Part shown: one piece after another, positions 24,469 through 35,702 of the stretch
Numbering within the stretch: the stretch's first letter is position 1
How the letters are laid out: every line of letters begins with the position of its first letter
Source of the DNA: Diadema antillarum
Taxonomy: Eukaryota
Length of the DNA stretch: 64,000 nucleotides
Direction: 5' to 3'
Assembly: GCF_040938485.1 (NCBI RefSeq)
Contig: NW_027271300.1
Span: forward strand, 124,001 to 188,000
The notes under the pieces: model-generated
The model's database searches: none
Told to the model about the DNA's origin: nothing
What the model saw: only the letters and a program-made list of their open reading frames with translations
Position numbers and translations under genes: made by a program

Positions 24469-27400
24469 AACTTAAAGTCTCTATCTCTTTCCATCTCTCT
24501 TGTGTGTCCAAGCCCCTCCCACCTTTACTTCTCTGTGTCGCGCTTTCTCCTGTAAGTTATTGTTTTTTAGCACAGCCAGTCGACTTGCATATAGCTAGCG
24601 GCCTAAGAGATGTCATGTAAGACGCTGTGGTCTCTAGAGTATCCCTCAAACTCGCCATCCCAGTTGACACCAGGGCCGGATGTTCCAGATAAGAGCAAAA
24701 TTGATGTCGCCTCCCGGTTGCCAGTGGCAACAAACTTCCTTAATTGCATTTGGGAAGGACTCGGTGTATTCCTGATCAGGTCGGCGGTGATGCAGAGGGG
24801 AGATGCATGCATGTCTCTTCCAGACCAAATCTTGCAGCACCCCCCCCCCCCAACCTCCCATTCTGCTCACAAAATCAGAGCAACTCATTGAGCTAGAAAG
24901 TCCATTTTCTTCCGACGGAGGACAAAAAAAAGAACAATCTGGTTTGTAACAGCGTGGTGAAATGTGCTTGCAATTATGTGTAGAGTTACAAGCTATGCAG
25001 AAACTGAAATGAATCTCATGCCTGACTGCAAACTACAATCGACATTCCATACCAAACGATACAGATGCACACCCAGAATGAGGATGATAGCATGATTGAG
25101 TGTACCATTTTATCTCCAGACTATTTCAAAGACCAACCAAATGTGATATAAAAAAGTGACTTTGAAGAAACATAAGTTAAGTATGACTTTCAGACTTTAC
25201 CTCTGTACAGTTTGTTCTTTATTTATGTTTTACAAATACAATTATAGTTAATTTGCCAATCTGAAAGGGCTCAATGTTGCCCCAGCGTGTTCGTTGTTTG
25301 CGCTGTAGAGATTGAGCCTCTCCACAAGCCCTGTTTCGCAAGCGCTGCCATGGCGTTTTGCTTCCACCAGCACCCTGAAATCAGGTTCCTGTTTGTGCTT
25401 GCTCACCAAGAGTCTGGCAGAAAGATTTCACATGCATTATGAGAGCATCGAGGGAATTTGGGGAGTGCTCCCTCCTTTCAGGTCACCGTATTACCACGGC
25501 GATACGCTGGGGGGAGAACACAAGTAGCAGCTGTGTGAGTGAAAGCCGCCTCGTTTTACTCACGTAACTTGTGAGATGAATTATTAATTCGTTGCCCACA
25601 CGGCATCTGTCATCTTCCCACAGTGCACTTAGGAAGCTCAATGGTGATGGTATATATCCATATTACCAGAAGAGAAGCCATCTCTTGAGCTACACTAGGA
25701 AACCACTATGCCTTCATTTTAACCCATCCTCTTGATATAATCAAAAGCCCCAATCAACTGCCCAATGATACGACGCTCGTATTCCTCACAGTCAGCCGAG
25801 TTGATGACTTTGTCAAGTTTTGTTTACTCTAAATGACTGCCATGTCCCTCTTCTCCCTCCTCTGCAGGAAGACAGTGGTATGAAGCCAAAGATCTTGACC
25901 ATCTGTGGGCATACTGTGTATTCTCACTGTCCAGTGAATGCAGCCCATGGACTGGGTCAGAATACAGCCCATTGACTGGTCAAAATGCATGCTGCCTGAT
26001 GATGGGATACAAGTATGCAAAGACCTCTTGAGGTTATACGAAAAGATCATGCAAAATTTTGTATGATCACATAAATTGTTACAGTTGGCGTACAGAAGTG
26101 AAAAGAAGAGGTTATTTTTTTTTTCCCTACAGGAAGAGTTCTCTTCCATACCTGAGAAGGGCTTCATTTTCATGAATTTATGCAACCACTTTATCACACC
26201 TGTTGATTATATTGCACCCCCCTCCCCCCATCATTTTAGGTTGCCCAACGAAATGGCAACTACTCAATTTGAGCTTGATATGCGAAGGCATAGCTGTCAA
26301 TGTGTAAGAAAATTGAAGCTGCACTTTGTGCAGTCAAATGAATCGAAGGGAAACACAGATGATCTTCATTGTACTCATCAGGTTTGTCGTGAGACTGTTT
26401 CCGTGCATTATGTATTCTGTGAGTCAAGGTCAAAGTGGGAAACTTGATGAGATGTTAACAACTGACTTTGAGTGTCTTGGCTTGATTATGATTTATGAGA
26501 ACAAATTACAAGAAAGGAAAAGAAGAGGATATCAAGTTGCCTGAAAACTGTCTTAAATTAATTTTCATAGTTTCTACACTCTGCGACTGTGGACCAGATG
26601 AAGAAAGCATATCAAAAGTGAAAGTTGTAGGTGACAATTAGACTGTATCATTAGTGCAGGTTTTGAGAGGCCTTCTTTTGTATTCAGATCCAGTACCAAT
26701 TGTTTTGTTGTGATTCTCATCCCAAAGACAAAAAGAAATGGGGTGAGGTGGGGGGGGGGGGGGGGGATGGAAGCCCAGACATCCTTGGAGCTTGGCCAGG
26801 AGACACTGATGGACTGACTACCTCTTGTGGCAGAGACAGGGTGGTACGCTGCCTGGGCCCTTCCTTGATCCAACCCTCCCTCCCTCCTCTGCTCTCCTTC
26901 ACCTTGATGGTTAAGCCTTTAGAAAATATTACACCACCCCGCTGCCTCCATACAATCTAGCATCCATCCCATGAGACTTTCAGGGAGAAAGGTCTGCTCA
27001 TGCGAAGCAAGGCTTTATTTTTTTTGCTACCTGCATTATCCAATGCATTCGGTCCGAACATCTCACTGGCGGGCCGAGGGGAAATTAAGGGCGTCAGCCT
27101 GAGAGTGAGGCTAAGTTAATCGCAGACAGATTTTCGTGATGGGCACACAGCTCTTGACACAGGGACCTGTTGACAGTCTGAGAGGAATGTTTGACAGAAA
27201 GACATGAAGGAATGGAGATTTTGTGTGTCTGTGTGTGTGTGTGTGTGTGTTTACTTGAGTTTCATTTTTTTTTTTTACATGGTTCTCTCTGTCTCCTACA
27301 TGTACATTCCCTGTTACATGTAAACTGACAGAGTCTGAATCTTGAGAGTCCGTGAGACTTTAAAGACGAGATGCTGCAGTTCAAGGTTATGCAGGTAAGT

Positions 27401-30400
27401 ACATTGGCACAGGGTATTGCCATCATTGTTTGTTACCCTTTTTATTTACGTGAGGACGAAACATACTCTAGTCTTTATGTGCTATGTACAGTTGGACATG
27501 ATCAAGTTCTATAGTTCTGATCAGTTTACATTGGACTGGAGGAGCTGATGAGAATAACATACAGAGAGTTACCGAGGCTCGAATGTGTCGGGCTGAATCT
27601 GCTCTTAAAAGGAAACAGCGGGGTTTGATAGAAAACAGCAGGTTGCCCCAGCACTTGTAATCGCTAGCGCCAGAAGTTACAAAAGTGTCTGCCACCTCCC
27701 ATGGAAGATTTACACCTTAGAGGGGGCCGGTGACTCTCCGAGGAGGGAGGCAGCCAAGCAGGCAGGGGAATTAAGCAGAGATCAAGTGTACTGTTCTCGC
27801 TCAGGTTTCAGCCCCCTTACACTTGCTTGGCTGGATTGTGGTAACCATGCGAGCGGGGTGGTAGGGGTCAATGTTGATTGTAGGTGTGGAAACAATCCTG
27901 CAAAAGATCCAGGGGAATGAATCAAAGGCAGGTAAAAGAGAGGCACTATGGGCACTGGAAGGAGTTGGGTGGAGGTAGAGGGGGTGTGTAGGGAGGGTAG
28001 GACTATTTTCATATGGTTGTGGCGTGGGTAAGAGATTTATCCTCAAATTCGATGTAGGCCTTTTATCCCTCATCCGTCCCCTCCCAGCCCTGCCCCTCCC
28101 CCTCCCTTCCTTCAGTGTAAACACCATGCTATACTGCAGCATCTAAGCATTTCATATTTATGTGTTCCTCTGCTGGGAAAAACAAGAAACAGGAGCCCCC
28201 TGTGAACATTACACAGGTGATTCAATTTCTGCAGAACATATCAAATCACTATATCAAATGGTGTGTGTGATGAGTGGAAAGGATGGGGGCAGCATCGTGT
28301 GGTATTTGAAATCTAATGATGATAATAATAATTGTAAGTTTATAAGGCATGGTTTCTGTTGGAATACTAGTAGGGCCTATACTCTGCTGTGTGTTAACAA
28401 TATTGTGAAAATGTGAGAGGGAAGGAGCTAGGTATAGCAGAAAAATTAAATCAGAACCAGAAATATGACAATACAGTGGGAATACAGAAAAGAGAAACTT
28501 ATAATAACATGAATGATAACCATAAAGAGGCATCTGGGAAACCTGTCTGTGTAGAGCATTGCCTTTCAGTGGTGTGTAAGCACCAATCATGATAAAAAAA
28601 CCTGTCATGATGTGAATTTGATTCAGTAAACATGAAAGACAATGTTGCTTCAAACTGTCATGGGAGGATTTCTTTCTTCTTCTTCTTTTTTTTTTTGGGG
28701 GGGGGGATGGGGTCATTCATGGAAATAAGCTTTTTATTTTAAATACATGCACAATTTCTTTCGACAATACTTCTTGTTTTTAACTACAAAAAATAATTTA
28801 AAGTTACGGAAACTGGGCATCAATTCAGAATTACGTCTCTTCCAAGTGATCAATGAAATCCCAAGGTTTACGCTCCAGCTGCCTACTTCAGAAATCAGTG
28901 GCAAAACCTGTTTCAAACCTCGTCAACTGACTTGCCCATGAGTTGTGTCCTTCTCTCTCTGCTGCTTTGTGCTGCAGTCGCCGGGACAAATGCGGCCGTG
29001 TTTGCCACTTTGCAAGGCATGATGATCAATAGAACCCCGTGGGGTCCCGGGCGGTGCTACAGAATCAGATAAAGAGGGCCCATTTTTTTTTTTTTATTTG
29101 TTCCCAGCCATGCATCTACAATTGTACTAGGCCAATTATCCCATCTTGAACAGCAGTCACATGAGGAGTCTTCATCCTTTTTGTTTTTATTGTTGTTTTT
29201 TTCCTTCTCTCTGTGCCTTTGCTCTTAATATTTTGCTTTCAGGGATTTTCTTCTGTGTAAAACTCGAGAATTTTCCAATCCATAACTCCAGAGCTGGTAA
29301 GGAAAGAGAATGCTCTCATGGAGAGACAAAGAGAAAGAGAGAGAGGGAAGGGAGAGAGAGAGAATGATAAAGAAAGAAGAGGAGGAGAGAGAAGGACAAG
29401 CAGAAGGAAACTCTAGTAAACCTCTGCACATCTATTACGGCCAGGTCACACTCATCAGCATTTAATTTGAGCTCCAGTATTACATGCCCTGGGAAATGCG
29501 TTCAGCCCGTTCGTCGTCGTCATCAGGCGAAATCCATTTCTGGCCTGGTCAGGTCATGTGTGAGACTCAGGATCTGTCCGATATCGAGTTTCCAATCCGT
29601 AGCACCTCTTTCTTCATTGCACGTCTCTTGTGTAAGATTTTCATGAGGTACTTACAGACCATGATTCCCATGGCCCGCAGGAACAACTCTGCAGGAAGGA
29701 AGAAAAAAAAAAGGGCGAAATGACTGACCCTTTTATTGGGGAAAAAGAGGTATTAAATATTGAGGCAGGCCGTGTTTGAAATGTGCATGCATTATATTCA
29801 TGTGTAGCAATCAGTCTCTACCCCTGTGTGTGGGAACTTTGTGTAGTGTGTTGTTCTCAGCGTGGTGGAATATGCAGAAAAAAATTACAGCCTCACCCAG
29901 GCAGTGATGATGTTTATGTACACCACCATTACCAAGCAAATTAAAGCGAGTGTAAGTTAAAGTAGAGGGAAACAGCAAAAGCGAATCCTGAAAGTGTGTG
30001 TTGAACTGGGCCGATATCAGGCAAGCATTATGATTGCTCATTACCAAGGTCTTGGTCATCTTGTACAGTGTCCAGTTTGTGTCCAACTCTCACCATCGTG
30101 TTCAAGTGACAGTAATGGAGGCCTGCTTAGTAACCAATTTATTTGTCGTTCGTGTCACCTCTACTTATGTGACATGTTTTCACCATGACCCTTGTTTTGA
30201 GATACGACAGTAATTGTAATCTTCTCACCGAGCTCCTAGTATAGAGAGATTTAAAAACAGAGTAATCTGTGTATTGAAATTGTAGCAGGGAATAGTTTTT
30301 CAGTCTTTCTGTGTGCAAATCATTGACTATTGTCATATAAGGGGTACCATGGCTTGCCAGCCAAGCGCAAGGAAGTGTCATGGTGGAGATTAGACACCAT

Positions 30401-31328
30401 GTTTATGGGAGACGAAACTAATATCAAAACTTGCTAGAACATCATACTTCTCTGACTATTGCTCTTATTACGTCAAGGTGTATTGATCTGCCTTTTTTAT
30501 TCATAGTGATTTTGCCCCAATATGCATTTCCGTACCTCTAAGAATTGTTCTTGTAAATGCAGATCTTTTTTTAGCATCTCGGTTTATATTAGAATTATTA
30601 TAGTATGATGCAAGCAATCTCTAATGGGCATTTATGCTGTGCAATGTGCGTGTGTATGTTTTTTTTTTCCCCACATAGACAGTGACAGTGACTGCCTGCA
30701 GTATTGACGGGAGTTTAATAAAAAAAATGAAAATACACTATTTCACACATGACGAGAACTGATTCATATCCTACAAATAGCTCCGAGATGTTCTGTCCAT
30801 CTGATAGAAAGTGAATAAAGGCATGATCGATTGCTTGCCATCTCACGGTGGCCTTTTCTTTGGAGTTATGCTCTGGCCACAATAGAATCACTGGATCGGA
30901 CGAATGCACGCACAATGGCGATTATCATCACAACAATGCTGAGAGCAGATTGCATCCCTCCCGACATTGCATTTCTGAAGTAAAACCTGTGTTTTATCGC
31001 GTGATGTTGATGACGAAGCAGAGAGACATTTCTAATGAGTGCAAATCCACGTAGCCAATAGTATACACTATAGCATTTGTGGTGGAGTCAGAGAGCTGTT
31101 CCAACACCGTGGTTTGTAAAGCATTTTGTAATTGGCTCAGATGCACATTTCGGAAAACGACCTTTCCTTTTTCTCAGTTGGTTAGGCTCTTCCCTCGTCG
31201 CATAATGCATAAGGTACTTAACAAAATAATTTATGGAATTCATGTTCAAACAAAGAATAAATTTGCATAGACCATGTGACCAGACAAACCTTAAAAGCAT
31301 CTTAATCTGTAGGAAAGCATCATTTCAT

Positions 31329-31786
31329 GGTGACATGACATTTGCTCCTGCAACAATTGCTCAGGGTGGTGTTTCATCAACGCTTGTCAGCGCCGACAAC
31401 TGTCGGCGCTGACCAATTTCAGCAAAATCCTTGGTTTTGATTGGCTGAGATGCTCTTGTCACTGACCGTTACTATGGTGGTTCAAGTTGTCAGCGCCGAC
31501 AAATGTTGATGAAACACCCCCTGGTCTTAGATATTTCTTCAAGGACTCTAATAGGGTTGGGGTTAGGGTTGTAATAGGGTTTTAGGTTCAGTGCGATGTG
31601 AGGATTAGATTAGGGTTAGGGCTGTGCTTTTGGGTAGATTTTATAATAATAATTAATAATGATTGTGAATTTATATTGCGCAGTTTCTGTGAAGCATTTA
31701 TATACTCAACTGGGCATGTTTATGTTTGGCTTAGCTTGCAGATATTTCACGGGAACAATTGTCGCAGGAGCAAATGTCATGGAACC
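31329..31786. mobile_element. Non-autonomous TIR element with a TTAGGG-like internal tract and a 4-bp TCAT target duplication
   Basis: The 34-bp TIRs GGTGACATGACATTTGCTCCTGCAACAATTGCTC / GAACAATTGTCGCAGGAGCAAATGTCATGGAACC match at 30/34. TCAT flanks both sides directly. Degenerate TTAGGG/TTAGG repeats lie at about 31550-31621. Confidence 0.85.
31362..31523. mobile_element. MITE nested inside the previous element, related to the 11677 MITE
   Basis: The TIRs are CAGGGTGGTGTTTCATCAAC / GTTGATGAAACACCCCCTG. There is a perfect internal 13-bp palindrome at 31386-31413 and a TGATTGGCTGA motif, as in the 11677 element. Confidence 0.85.
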
Positions 31787-32289
31787 TCATTTCGTATGCA
31801 TTGTATGCAGTAACAAACTATTCCTATTATTATTGCCTAATATTCGGCTTTGATGAACACTTTGTTGCTGTCAGGTGGATGGTGCTGGCAAGCCTGAATG
31901 ACCACATACATGAATAATCATACAGTTGTAGCATAACAAATGCTTATCTCATTCTCAATGAATTTAAACCAACATGCCTGACATGGCAAATCACCTCTTT
32001 CAAACTCTGAAGTGGCTTATTTGTGGGCATCGTATGGAGAGAAAAGGAATAAAAAAATTCCATATCTACTTCCAACTATGCTGCACGTATGTAGCGAGTG
32101 AATGAACCTAAATGTGTGATGTCATTACGCTATCACTTTTCCCTGGTGTAGTTATAGGGAAGTTTGCTTTCAGTTTGATACCAGATGCCCTTGTACAGTG
32201 GAAAGTCTGTATGATTACAGGTTTATGCTTTGGACTAATCAGCAATTATGGAACGTTTGATTGCTTTATTTATGAGCCCCATTGCACTT

Positions 32290-32510
32290 CCTGGCGTCCA
32301 ATCATGTGTTAGTGGGTAAACAACCAAATTAGATTGCAGGGGTCACAACCAGAGCCAGTCATCCTGCCTACTCCAACTCCGTAATTTACCTGATTGGCTG
32401 CGGATCTTTTGGAGGCAGCGACAAGGGCTCCCCGTGATTGGCTGTTGGCTGCGTAGCTGGGTTTCTGGGTCTGGCGATGTGCAAACATCCCCCACTAGGT
32501 GGTGTCAAAT
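32290..32510. promoter_or_regulatory. Candidate cis-regulatory element: CCAAT boxes plus a CTCF-like motif
   Basis: CCAAT at 32298, TGATTGGCTG twice (ATTGG at 32393 and 32437), and CCACTAGGTGGTGT at 32492-32505 (one mismatch to the CTCF core), all in a GC-rich patch. Motif evidence only. Confidence 0.4.
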
Positions 32511-33719
32511 GACCCCGTCCCCATGGTGAGGGGTAATGAATCCGCTTGGGCTCTCCCTTCCCAGTGGAGTTGGGCCCAGCCCTACTACCCAGGGCAGCCA
32601 AGAGATTTGTATCAAGGCAAGACTTGGCACTTGGCCAACCCACCTGTAGCCAAGCCCCCTCCCCAAGTGTGAATTTTTCTGACATGAGGGTGGGGGTAGG
32701 GGTGGGGATAGGGATGGGGATGATAAAGTGCTTATACGCCACTAGAACATCTCCTACACATGTATCATTGCACCTGAAACATTAATTTGAAGTATCGATC
32801 AAAGGCATGAGGAAAATGATACTGGCAAGATTATGCAAAGCGCTACGCTCGAGTGCCCAGATGCCATACTGAAAGTGGGAGACAATTAGATATTGATTGA
32901 AGGGAGGGCAGGCCCATGCCCTCGAAGCACTCTCATTAGGCGTGCGCAGTCACATGGGTCATTAAGTCACTGCCTGACACTTGCCATCCAAGTAGGTCTA
33001 ATAACCCAGAGTTTCCTTGGTGCTTCAAAATGGATAGGCCCACATTGTACATTTTGTGTCGTATGCACTGTTCACAGTCTTTCAATGCTTTAATATGCAG
33101 TGATAATATGGGAAGGAGGGAGAGAGGGCCGGTGGGCTGGGTTGAGATTGGGTCATCTCAAACACATTATGTGCTTGTGCATCCATAATTTCAAGGATTG
33201 TTCAGGTGGAATTGGATTCAAGGTCACTGTTCGACCTGGCCAGAGGTGTAAGCACTTTTCTACACTCGCAACCTGAAGAACAGCTTGAATATTCAGTGAA
33301 AATCAGGGGGAAATCTACACACATTATCATTTTTTTTATATAAAACCAGTAGCCAGCTGGCATGTACAGTTATTCTTTTAGTATCAAATAACATCAATGG
33401 ATGCAGTGCCACAGATGTTTGCCAAGTATGAACAAAGGCCTGACACATCAAGATTTTTACTTAGGGCCTATAAGATCAGTGTCGCCCCAAGACTTATTAA
33501 GCCTGATAGCAGCTTATGCACTTATATTTAAAAGCGAAAGATATGCTGGGTTGTTGTTTGTTTTTTCATTTCATGGCATACTAGGAGAGATTGTGGTTGA
33601 TGCCTGAAAGTATAGTAAGGGCATTGAAGTTTTCAGCAGTTGCAGAAAAGTTCAAACATCTTCCCATGATGTAGCCATTTGATACCTATTCCCCATCAAA
33701 AAATGCAAGAGAGAAAAAA

Positions 33720-33728
<9 letters not shown>

Positions 33729-33752
<24 letters not shown>

Positions 33753-33755
33753 TAT
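33729..33755. repeat. (TA)n microsatellite
   Basis: About 13 perfect units. Confidence 0.97.
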
Positions 33756-35421
33756 TTAAAAGATATGGGAAAAAAAGAAAAACGTGAAGTTTCCGGTATA
33801 ATTACAAAGAAATGACCCAGTTCAAAGTGTAGTGATGTAGACCAGGAAACACTTTCTTCCAAAAGTGTAGCTTCCTAGATTCATTGTATGTTTTCAATTT
33901 CAACATACATCAAAACTTACAGAAATTTGTGTTTTTCCCTTCCATGTAATCTCTGTTATTATACAAATTCTCTATTTAGTGGGACTGTTGTATGTAGGAT
34001 AGGGTTATGACTCTGGATCACAGGCCCATTTAACAGGATTGTGTGAAATTCAACTGGATTCATCGATCATCACAATTTGTACATTTTTTATGACTGTATG
34101 CATAATAATGCAGCTCCTTTATTTCATGAGGGAATATGATACTATTTTTGTTGCGCGGTAAAACTTAATGGGCTATTCACAACAAAATTTAGTAGGTAAT
34201 TTGCCAACTATAATCTTTCCGCCCCTTCAAAGTAATTAATGCAAGGTAAAGTCAATATTTTTTTTACTGAATAAAATGTACAAAACTTTATTATTTTCCT
34301 AACTTTCTCATTTTAGGGATAGATTTTCAATGGAGGTTTGCCACCCGTGATTGTTTGCTTTAACTGCGTTCTTTAAATTCAGCCCGATTATGGCACAGAG
34401 ATGCTCTTTAAAGAATAGGAGGAGATATTATTGAAATAGAATGAGAGAGCTGAAGTGTGAGTACACATGTCGTACCTCAGTTCATGCCTTTTTTTTTTCC
34501 CCACGAGCAGCGCCAAGATGGCCGTGATAATGACATTTTGTCCAGATCCCAGGATAAGATATTGACTGACACACTTTTGTAGTGCTGATAGTATCATGTG
34601 CCATGACATGAGATTAATTCAAACCTACAGATGGACACGATAATCGTTCTTGTTGTGTAAGAGAGGGGGAGGGAGGGAGGGAAAGGAGGTCAAGATTGGG
34701 TCAATCGTCTTAAAGGGCCAGGTGGTTTCATATACGTCTTTTCAAATTCTGAATCTGAATTCCAGTCTGAAATGCACAATCATCATCAATATGTTCATAT
34801 GAATGATGTAGTCTTCATGATATTGGTTTTAGGTTCTTGGTTGAGGCCCCGTTAGAGTGCAAGTAATGCCCAATTCGCAAACTATGACCATTGGATCATA
34901 ATGCTTGATGTCATTATTAGATTGTCACATACAGTGGATCGGAGTAGAATGCAGTTTACATTCATGGGTAAATATTGTTACAGAGAATATCTGAGCAAAT
35001 GCAAGGTAAACTAAACCTGAAAATGGGCATTCTACATCATACTGAAAAAGAGAAGGGGACATAAATCCAATGTTAGGTTATTGGTAAACTGTATTCCATG
35101 ACATCATGCATTTTTTCCCCCAACAATCATTGCATCCTATAGGGAACTTGTATGACAAGTATTAACTTTGCACGAAATGGGAATATTTGGCTCAGGCAAG
35201 TCGACACATCACATTCTAGTAGAAGAACTTGGAGTCAGGAAGGTAGAGTAGGGAAGGATGCTCACTTTGAGACGGTAAAGGTGGGGGTTTGGGATGGGGT
35301 GTGTAGGGTAGCTTTCCCTGACTCGTAGTAATTTATTACGCCGTGAGCAAAGCCGAGCTCTCAAACATGACACATCAGTGGCAGGTTGCCAAGAGTGTGT
35401 CATTCTTCCCTATACCCATCT

Positions 35422-35702
35422 GAGGCCGTTTTCACATGGGTCGAGAAACGCAGTTGCAAGAATTATCGTCCCTACACACTACAAAGGAAGCCTTCACAGA
35501 TTTTGGAAAGAATTGTGATTGGAAAACATCTCCAGACCAACATTTGAATCATGATTAGAATTATGATTTAAATCACCTGTGCCATTCCAGTTTGCATACA
35601 CACACATGGGCCTAAATGTGTCATTTGAGTCATGTCTCTAGTGATTTGTCATTTGAATTGTGATTCAAATTATGCACTCTCCGTACGTGTGAAAACAGCC
35701 TC
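35422..35702. mobile_element. MITE (PIF/Harbinger-like termini), about 280 bp
   Basis: The TIRs GAGGCCGTTTTCACATG / CGTGTGAAAACAGCCTC match at 15/17. The interior has gaattgtgatt / gaatcatgatt repeats. No clean target duplication. Confidence 0.7.

Noticed and set aside
27545-27595. Hammerhead-like CTGATGA...CGAA
   Set aside because: There is no stem II and no GAAA core.
29904-29991. C/D snoRNA-like box pair (GTGATGA...CTGA)
   Set aside because: There is no terminal stem or recognisable guide, and box pairs like this are expected by chance.
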